Made by a program: the position numbers and the translations under genes. The notes under the pieces are model-generated. The model ran no database searches. It saw nothing but the letters and a program-made list of their open reading frames with translations, and was not told the origin of the DNA. From an uncultured Chloroflexia bacterium (GTDB taxonomy: Bacteria > Chloroflexota > Chloroflexia > Thermomicrobiales > UBA6265), in assembly GCA_963712055.1 (NCBI GenBank), contig CAVQGN010000003.1, positions 226,758 through 290,757 of the forward strand: a stretch of 64,000 nt of DNA. The letters run 5' to 3'. Shown here piece after piece: positions 27,291 through 34,248 of the stretch. Numbering within the stretch: position 1 is the stretch's first letter; every line of letters starts with the position of its first letter.

Positions 27291-29645
27291 ATGGTTCTCA
27301 GCAGCTACGTCGGGGCATCGGTCAAACGCAAAGAAGATCCGCGTTTGATCACCGGCTCCTCGACCTATGTCGACGATCTCAAACTCAATGGCACCGTCCA
27401 CGTCGCCTTCGTGCGGAGCGCCTATCCCCACGCCAACATCGTTTCGATCGACGGAAGCGAAGCCCTCTCCTTGCCAGGAGTTCACCGCATCCTGACAGGC
27501 GCCGAGTTGGCCAACATGCTCACCGACATGTATCCGATGGAAGCGCACAGCGAGGTTGGCCACGATCTCTACAAGGAGATCGAGGACGAGAGCGACATCA
27601 TCGTGCCCAAGGTGCAACCGATGCCATCAAAACGGGTTCGCTACGTCGGCGAACCGATCGTGGCCGTGGTGGCCGACACACGCGCGTCGGCCGAAGACGC
27701 TGCCAGTTTGGTGATGGTGGACTACGAAGAACTCGATCCTGTCGTCGATCCCTATGCGGCGATGCAGGATGGTGCGCCACAGCTCTATGACAAAGTCGAA
27801 AACAACATTGCGATTCGCGAGCACATTGCTCATGGCGATGTCGAAGCTGCCCTGGCTGAGGCGCCGGTCAGGTTCACGATCAAGATCCGCTCACCCCGTT
27901 GTCATCCGGTTCCGATCGAGCCACGCGGGATCATCGCGGTTCCTGATCCGATCACGCGCGGATTGACTTTCTGGACCTCGACCCAGGCGCCACACTGGAA
28001 CCGGAACTCGATCGCCGAAGCCCTTGGCCTGAGCCAGAACCAGGTCAGGGCGATTGCTCCCGAAGTCGGTGGTGGTTTCGGCTGCAAGATCGGCGCATAT
28101 CCGGAGGAATTCGTCGTCGCGGCTCTGGCGCAGGAGATGAACCGACCGGTCAAATGGATCGAATCGCGTTCAGAGAACTTCCTCGCCACCAATCATGGCC
28201 GCAATCAGTGGTCCGAGTTCGAGATTGGCGCTGACAAGAACGGCAAAATCACCGCCATGAAAGCCCGGATTGTGCTTGATTCAGGAGCCTATCCGAAAGC
28301 CCTTGATCTCGCCTGGTGCACCTGGGTCATGTCGACCGGGCCTTATCTGATCGACAACATCGATTACGAAGTGCTCGGCGTCTATACCAATACGATGGCC
28401 AACGGCGCGTATCGCGGCGCCGGACGTCCTGAAGCGGCGTTTTATCTTGAGCGGATCATGGACAAGATCGCGGATGAATCCGGGCTCGATCCGGCCGATG
28501 TTCGCCGCGTCAACTTCATTCCACCAGAGATGTTCCCGTATATGACGCTGACCGAAGAGCAGTACGACTCGGGCGAATACGCCAAAGCCCTCGACAAAGC
28601 GCTAGAGGTCGCCGACTACTCCGCGCTCCTTCAACAGCAGGAGGCGTTGCGGAAGGAAGGCCGCTACATCGGTGTCGGATTGGCCTCGTATGTCGAGATC
28701 TGCGGTTTTGGTCCCTACGAGAGTTCAACCGTGCGAGTTGAGCCTGGTGGACAGGTGACGATCTTCACCGGGATCTCTCCCCACGGTCAGGGTCAGGAAA
28801 CTACCTTCGCGCAGATGGCCGCCGATTATCTAGGCGCCGATTTTGGCACGGTGATCGTTCATCACGGCGACACCAGCAACACTCCACAGGGAAATGGCAC
28901 CATGGGCAGCCGCGGTCTGGCTGTCGGTGGCGCCGCGCTGATGATGTCCCTCGACAACCTGCGTGAAAAAGCCAAGCGCATCGCGGCGCATATCCTCGAA
29001 GCATCGGTCGAGGACATCGATCTCGACAGAGGGATGTATCGCGTCCGCGGCGTTCCATCGAAAGGTGTATCCCTCATCGATATTGCCGACAAAGCGTATA
29101 GCGATGACCTCCCCGAAGGCGTCACTCCCGGTCTCGACAGCACTGACTTCTTCAAGGTTCCCGAGGAAACATTCCCGTTTGGAACCCACCTGGCAGTCGT
29201 CGAGGTCTTTCCGGAAACCGGCGAAGTCCAGATCGTGAAGTATGTTTCGGTCGACGACTGCGGCAATATCATCAGCCCGCTGCTGGTAACGGGCCAGGTT
29301 CATGGCGGTCTGGCCCAGGGTATCGCGCAGGCGCTCTGGGAAGAAGTTCATTACGACAGCAGCGGCGAACTCCTGACGGGCACACTGACCGAATACAAGA
29401 TCCCGAAAGCGGCGGATTTTCCGCATTTCGAAACTCATCACACCGTGACCCCGACCTACATCAATCCTATGGGCGCCAAGGGAATCGGGGAAGCCGCGAC
29501 GATCGGTTCGACTCCGGCGATGGCGAATGCGGTCATCGACGCACTCTCCGCGTTCGGTATCACCCATCTGGATACGCCGCTGACCCCGGAAAAGATCTGG
29601 CGCGCAATCGTTGAAAGCCAGACGTCGTCGAGCGCTGCCGACTAA
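27291..29645 (+). CDS. molybdopterin-binding xanthine dehydrogenase-family large subunit, form-II CoxL-like
   Basis: VKRKEDPRLITG N-terminus and active-site loop AYRGAGR (form-II type, not the form-I VAYRCSFR). ATG 27291 lies after GGAGGAAC. Confidence 0.85.
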   Translation: MVLSSYVGASVKRKEDPRLITGSSTYVDDLKLNGTVHVAFVRSAYPHANIVSIDGSEALSLPGVHRILTGAELANMLTDMYPMEAHSEVGHDLYKEIEDESDIIVPKVQPMPSKRVRYVGEPIVAVVADTRASAEDAASLVMVDYEELDPVVDPYAAMQDGAPQLYDKVENNIAIREHIAHGDVEAALAEAPVRFTIKIRSPRCHPVPIEPRGIIAVPDPITRGLTFWTSTQAPHWNRNSIAEALGLSQNQVRAIAPEVGGGFGCKIGAYPEEFVVAALAQEMNRPVKWIESRSENFLATNHGRNQWSEFEIGADKNGKITAMKARIVLDSGAYPKALDLAWCTWVMSTGPYLIDNIDYEVLGVYTNTMANGAYRGAGRPEAAFYLERIMDKIADESGLDPADVRRVNFIPPEMFPYMTLTEEQYDSGEYAKALDKALEVADYSALLQQQEALRKEGRYIGVGLASYVEICGFGPYESSTVRVEPGGQVTIFTGISPHGQGQETTFAQMAADYLGADFGTVIVHHGDTSNTPQGNGTMGSRGLAVGGAALMMSLDNLREKAKRIAAHILEASVEDIDLDRGMYRVRGVPSKGVSLIDIADKAYSDDLPEGVTPGLDSTDFFKVPEETFPFGTHLAVVEVFPETGEVQIVKYVSVDDCGNIISPLLVTGQVHGGLAQGIAQALWEEVHYDSSGELLTGTLTEYKIPKAADFPHFETHHTVTPTYINPMGAKGIGEAATIGSTPAMANAVIDALSAFGITHLDTPLTPEKIWRAIVESQTSSSAAD

Positions 29646-29661
29646 ACCAAGTGCAACCGAT

Positions 29662-29693
29662 CCTCCTCGTCCAACATCGATCGGACGGGGAGG
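29662..29693 (+). terminator. stem-loop downstream of the coxL-like gene
   Basis: CCTCCTCGTCC / GGACGGGGAGG: 11 bp including one G-U pair, with a 10-nt loop and no U-tract. Confidence 0.35.
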
Positions 29694-29712
29694 ACGCTTC
29701 CTGGAGCGCCGT

Positions 29713-29741
29713 ATGAATCCCGGTCCCCGGTTCGGTATACT
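29713..29741 (+). promoter_or_regulatory. weak candidate promoter for the nurA-herA-mre11-rad50 operon
   Basis: ATGAAT - 17 nt - TATACT. Good -10, poor -35. Confidence 0.25.
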
Positions 29742-29782
29742 TCTGCGAGTAGTACACCCGTTCTAGAAGCAGGCTTTACCGC

Positions 29783-30841
29783 GTGACTCGCGCTCCGTTT
29801 GCAGACACTGCTCGACAACTCCACGAAACCCTGACAGCGAATGGCGGCGGATTGTTTGATATTCGCGGCGAACCCCATCTCGAAACTCGCCTGGCGACTT
29901 CCGATAGTGGTGACGAGGATCGGACGTCAGGACCGGGTGTCGAGTCAACGATCACCTGGCTCGAACCGGAATCCCCGCTAGCGCACATCGTCCCAGACTG
30001 GGCACCTCCCTCCCTGGTTCGCTTTTTCCTGGACGGTTCCCAGCGCACGCTGCCGGGCTATTTCGTCGGGTCGATACCCGTTGTCGCGTCGATCGTGGCG
30101 GCAGCAGTACTCGATCGAAATGGACCTGACGGTCCCGCAATCATGCCAGGTATGGTGTCTACTCGCCGGGTTTGGATCGCACCACGCCGGTCGGGTGTGC
30201 AGGCTCTGCAGGATTTCACTCGCACAGCGGAGTCGCTTGGAATCGACGTGGTCGACCCGCTCGATGGCTTGGAGGAGACGGCGTACCAGCAGGCTCTGCA
30301 CGACTATCCACGCCTCGAACAACGCGCATATGCCAAAGCGCGCTCGATGCGTGCCGACCTTGAAACGTCGCTTTTCCACAAATGGCTGGATGAAACCGCT
30401 GGAAGCGATGACTGGATCGTCGTCGATGGCCCGCTCCGGAAAGACGCGGACCGATCGATCGGACTGGTCAAGTCGTACTCGCGCCAATATCTCGATGGCG
30501 CCAACGCGGCGGCGTTGCTCCAACTTCCAGCGGGATCGCGTTCGAGCGCGATCGAGGTTGACGATGGCTGGCGGCAGGGTCGCTACCGGGTCTGGTACCT
30601 GCGCATGCGGACTGCCCAGGGACGCGATCCTCGCCATGGTCTCGTCCGGATCGAAACCGGGTCCGACGTTACGACGCCGGGACCAGATGAAATCTCCCGC
30701 TGGATCCTCAATGAGAGTCGTCCGAGTGCCCGCAGTGACGAACGCTGGGCCACCCTCCTCTATCCGATCCACTATCTCGAACGAATTCTGCATCGATCGC
30801 TGGAGCGGGAAACACGTGGCTGGCCGCGAGGAACAGGCTAG
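29783..30841 (+). CDS. nurA: NurA-like nuclease (RNase H-fold 5'-3' exo/endonuclease family)
   Basis: By-eye NurA landmarks: FFLDGSQ (Asp at 30032-30034), WIVVDGPL (Asp at 30425-30427), VWYLRM..GLVRIETG, and C-terminal WATLLYPIHYLERILH. Ends 10 nt upstream of the HerA-like gene. Confidence 0.6.
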   Translation: MTRAPFADTARQLHETLTANGGGLFDIRGEPHLETRLATSDSGDEDRTSGPGVESTITWLEPESPLAHIVPDWAPPSLVRFFLDGSQRTLPGYFVGSIPVVASIVAAAVLDRNGPDGPAIMPGMVSTRRVWIAPRRSGVQALQDFTRTAESLGIDVVDPLDGLEETAYQQALHDYPRLEQRAYAKARSMRADLETSLFHKWLDETAGSDDWIVVDGPLRKDADRSIGLVKSYSRQYLDGANAAALLQLPAGSRSSAIEVDDGWRQGRYRVWYLRMRTAQGRDPRHGLVRIETGSDVTTPGPDEISRWILNESRPSARSDERWATLLYPIHYLERILHRSLERETRGWPRGTG

Positions 30842-30851
30842 ACTGACAGCC

Positions 30852-33023
30852 ATGGATGATCTGACGATGCCCGACTGGCTTCCCGAGTTTGACGAAAACG
30901 GTTTCGAAACAAGCCTTCAACCCTGGCTGGAGCGGACTGCCGCCTTTGAACCACTGATCGATCGTCAACACGGTCCGATCGGACGGGTTGTTGCCAGTGA
31001 ACGCGAACCATCTGGGTCGCATCAGTTCTTTTTCTGGGCCGGTGAAGATCAGCGCACCCTCGATGTCGGCCATATCATCGTCGCGTTTTCCGAGGATGCT
31101 GCTGTCATCGGTGTGGTCGATGAACCGCGCCGCTATTCAGACATGCGCTCGTTTCTCGACGACTTTTTCGATCGTCACATGGAAAACGCGCTCGAAAGCG
31201 AACCTCCCACCGCTCGTCCGGAAATCCTGGTGTTTCAAGTCAACGTCCTGCGCACGAAACACATCCGACCAGATGTCGATTCCCGCCGCCCGGTGATCGC
31301 TGGTCCGGTCTTTTTCGCCACCAACGAAGCAATCGACTTCGCGCTCGGACGAGATGGCTTCGGCGGCGTGCCGATCCCGGCTCTCCTCCATGTCAACGGC
31401 AACGCCCAGCGTGACGAGCACGGACAGCCACGCCGCGACGCGAACGGTAACGAGATCTTCCAGCGGTCCGCAATCTGGCTTGACGAAGACTATCTCCTCG
31501 GCCCTGAAGCCGGGCACGCGAACTGGACGGGTCAATCTGGTCTGGCAACCAAAACCAGTCACGCGCTTTTTCTGACCAGCGCCGTTTTCCAGCAACTCGA
31601 AAAAGAAGACAAGTCGGTCGCAGCATTGATGTTCAATGTCAAAGGACCAGACCTGATCTGGCTCGACAAACCAGCGACCCCGGATGACGATCTGGAGTCA
31701 GCGTTTGCGCGAGCGAATGTCAGCGGTCTGCCCGATCTCGATATCGAGGCATACGCCGCTCTCGGGCTCGAGATCAAACCGTTCGACAACTTCCGCCTCT
31801 TTGCGCCGTTCAAACCGGGCCAGGCACCGACTGGAACCTGGAACGATCCGGTTGTGTCGATGGCGAATGGCGACTACCGCTCGAACCTGAACACGCTGCG
31901 CGACAATCCCGCCCATCGCACCACCGTGTTTCCGATTCTCTGGGGGCTGCGGACCTTGCTGGCCAATCCCTATCAATTGTTCGACTTCAACGATCTCGAT
32001 GACAAACTTTGGGCGCTCATCGCCGAACTACGAGATCAAATCGGGGTCAAATCGCTGATCGAACTCCAGAAGACGCTCACGGAAGCCCTCACTGAACTCA
32101 CCGAAACGGGCGGCAGTGAATGGCGAAATCACCACAAGTTCACGATCCAGAAAGCGCTCAACCGCTTCGGCGGACTACCGACCAAGTTCGCCGGGTTGCT
32201 GACCGATGGCGAGGTGGACTACGGCAGACTGCCGAAAGTCGACGAACCCTTCAGCAACCAGGAAGTACGAGTCGTCGATATCGCAGGATGCAGCAGCAAT
32301 GTTCAGGAACTGATCGTTTCCAATGTCATCCAGCGCGTCTGGAGACTGGCGGAAAATCAGGAACTCGGGGTCAGCAAACTGATTGTTTTCGTCGACGAAT
32401 TGAACAAACATGCTCCCGCCGGTGGGCAAGGAGGTCTGCGCGACACACTCGTCGATATCGCCGCTCGTGGTCGCCATCTCAATGTTGTGCTCTTCGGTGC
32501 GCAGCAGTTTCGGTCCAAAGTCGATGGCGAGATTCTCGGCAATTGCGGCACCTCACTTTATGGTCGCGTCGGTGATGAAGAAATTATCAACAGTTCCTAT
32601 CGCTCGCTGAGTGAAACAACCAAGGCCGAACTCCTCGGATTACCCAAAGGGAGGTTGCTGGTGCGCCACGCACATTTCCGTGCGCCCCTCTTTGGGCTCT
32701 TCCCGAGACCACCGGTTATCCCCGGCATGGATGGACAACGGGTCTTCAACAACACCACTGCCGGAGAAGCGAATGCCTTCGGCCATCCGGGTGATCCGGT
32801 CTATTTCCTCCTCCGTGAACTCGGTGACACGAGTGGGGTGTCCAAGGGGATCGTCCGCACCGAAACCGAAGGGCTTACCCCGGAGGAAATCGAACAGATC
32901 TGCAACAAAGTACGTCTGTCCTGGCGAAGTAAGGTCGGCACATCCGCTGCCCGCCGGATTTCTCCCTGGTCGATGTGCCAGAACGCGATCAGAACCGTCA
33001 AAATGACGTCGACCCGGATCTGA
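30852..33023 (+). CDS. herA: HerA-like (DUF87/FtsK-HerA superfamily) hexameric ATPase/helicase homologue, 723 aa
   Basis: N-terminal barrel-like segment IGRVVASEREPSGSHQFFFWAGEDQRTLDVGHIIVAF..VIGVVDE. P-loop position HANWTGQSGLATKTS, Walker B KLIVFVDELNKHAP, and ARGRHLNVVLFGAQQ. The track ORF 5' part (30081-30851) overlaps nurA out of frame and is discounted. Confidence 0.7.
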   Translation: MDDLTMPDWLPEFDENGFETSLQPWLERTAAFEPLIDRQHGPIGRVVASEREPSGSHQFFFWAGEDQRTLDVGHIIVAFSEDAAVIGVVDEPRRYSDMRSFLDDFFDRHMENALESEPPTARPEILVFQVNVLRTKHIRPDVDSRRPVIAGPVFFATNEAIDFALGRDGFGGVPIPALLHVNGNAQRDEHGQPRRDANGNEIFQRSAIWLDEDYLLGPEAGHANWTGQSGLATKTSHALFLTSAVFQQLEKEDKSVAALMFNVKGPDLIWLDKPATPDDDLESAFARANVSGLPDLDIEAYAALGLEIKPFDNFRLFAPFKPGQAPTGTWNDPVVSMANGDYRSNLNTLRDNPAHRTTVFPILWGLRTLLANPYQLFDFNDLDDKLWALIAELRDQIGVKSLIELQKTLTEALTELTETGGSEWRNHHKFTIQKALNRFGGLPTKFAGLLTDGEVDYGRLPKVDEPFSNQEVRVVDIAGCSSNVQELIVSNVIQRVWRLAENQELGVSKLIVFVDELNKHAPAGGQGGLRDTLVDIAARGRHLNVVLFGAQQFRSKVDGEILGNCGTSLYGRVGDEEIINSSYRSLSETTKAELLGLPKGRLLVRHAHFRAPLFGLFPRPPVIPGMDGQRVFNNTTAGEANAFGHPGDPVYFLLRELGDTSGVSKGIVRTETEGLTPEEIEQICNKVRLSWRSKVGTSAARRISPWSMCQNAIRTVKMTSTRI

Positions 33024-33048
33024 TTCAGTAACAAGGACTCGACTCCCT

Positions 33049-34248
33049 GTGGCATCTCTCCGCATCGCTCATCTGGCCGATACGCATCTCGGTTATCGCG
33101 CGCTCAGCAAAACCGATCCGCTGACTGGCCGCAACCAACGCTCCGAAGATATCGAGCGAGCGTTCGTGCGCACGATCGATGACCTGCTCGAACGGGACAT
33201 CGATCTCGTGATCCATGCTGGCGATCTCTTTCAGCACCCGCGTCCGGTTTTTCCGGCGATCAGTCTAGCGATCCGGCAGTTTCGACGCTTGGAAGCGGCC
33301 GGCATTCCGACAGTGGTGATCGGTGGCAACCACGATACCCCGCGGATGCGTGCGAGTGGTTCGGTGTTTGGACTGCTTGCGGTCGCGCTGCCGGATATCA
33401 CGTTTGCCGGTGGCTACGAGATGATCCCCCACCCCTTACCAGAACTCGACATCACCCTGATGCTGATGCCACATGGAAGTCTGACCAATCCGGAACCACC
33501 GATACCCCTGCCAGTTGGCAGCGGACGCAACATTCTCGTCACACACGGTCTCGCTCCAAGTGTCGATCTCGACGCCGTTCGGCGGGAACCGGGTGAAGAA
33601 GCGCTCTCCGACGAAATGCTCGACGCTGGGTTCGACTACATTGCGCTCGGTCACTATCACGCTTTCCATCAACCTGCTGGCGTCGCCAACGCGTGGTATT
33701 CCGGCGCCACCGAACGAATGGGATGGGGTGATCAGCAGAACGTACCCGGGTATGCGTTGGTCGAACTCGGTGATGAACCGAAAAAGCGAACCGTCACCCA
33801 TGTCCCGCTGCCGGTCCGACCGATGGAGCAAATCGACATTCCAGCTCATCTCTCGGTCGATGATGACCCTGAAGCAATCGCTGCCTTGGCTATCGAGCGG
33901 ATAGCCGCGCTTTCCGAACCGGACGCCATGGTCCGGGTGATGCTTGGCTCGGTATCGCGCACGACCAAACGACGAGCCGAATCGTTGATTCAGGAAGCCG
34001 GTCGCGATCTCGTCTGGTCGATTCAGGTCGTTTCGCGCTCAGATCAATTCGCGGGCTTTGCCAACAGCCGTGCCGATCTGCCGAGTATTGATCTCCTCGA
34101 TCAATTCTCGGCGTTCATCGACCAGCGTCTTGCCAGCGGCGATTACGACCAGGCGTTTGCCGACGCGTTTCGCGAGACTGGCACGGCCGAACTGAAACAT
34201 GCGATCGAACAAGCGAACGAGGCGATCGGCGAGGAAGTCGCGCCATGA
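33049..34248 (+). CDS. mre11: Mre11/SbcD-family metallophosphoesterase nuclease
   Basis: All phosphoesterase motifs are present: HLADTHLG, HAGDLF, GGNHD, LVTHG, LGHYH. Confidence 0.85.
   Translation: MASLRIAHLADTHLGYRALSKTDPLTGRNQRSEDIERAFVRTIDDLLERDIDLVIHAGDLFQHPRPVFPAISLAIRQFRRLEAAGIPTVVIGGNHDTPRMRASGSVFGLLAVALPDITFAGGYEMIPHPLPELDITLMLMPHGSLTNPEPPIPLPVGSGRNILVTHGLAPSVDLDAVRREPGEEALSDEMLDAGFDYIALGHYHAFHQPAGVANAWYSGATERMGWGDQQNVPGYALVELGDEPKKRTVTHVPLPVRPMEQIDIPAHLSVDDDPEAIAALAIERIAALSEPDAMVRVMLGSVSRTTKRRAESLIQEAGRDLVWSIQVVSRSDQFAGFANSRADLPSIDLLDQFSAFIDQRLASGDYDQAFADAFRETGTAELKHAIEQANEAIGEEVAP

Noticed and set aside
29700-29782. SOS (LexA) box or Deinococcus-type radiation/desiccation response motif upstream of the nurA-like gene.
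   Set aside because: No CGAAC-N4-GTTCG-like palindrome is present. The best RDRM-like alignment (TTCGGTATACTTCTG) matches under half of the consensus positions.
30081-30851. 5' 257 codons of the 980-aa track ORF, which would make the HerA-like protein much longer.
   Set aside because: This part overlaps the NurA-like gene in another frame and has out-of-frame-like composition (Arg/Ser/Cys/Trp-rich). The HerA-like sequence begins only at ATG 30852, right after the nurA stop.
32931-33031. Possible frameshift in the HerA-like C-terminal tail. The in-frame tail is GTSAARRISPWSMCQNAIRTVKMTSTRI. The alternative frame gives GRHIRCPPDFSLVDVPERDQNRQNDVDPDLIQ and ends at 33029-33031.
   Set aside because: The alternative tail looks more protein-like. 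However, hand-counted third-position GC favours the annotated frame (about 79% versus 66%), and I have no family-specific motif to anchor either reading. It is left as unresolved rather than claimed. It is worth rechecking given the two other +1 frame problems.
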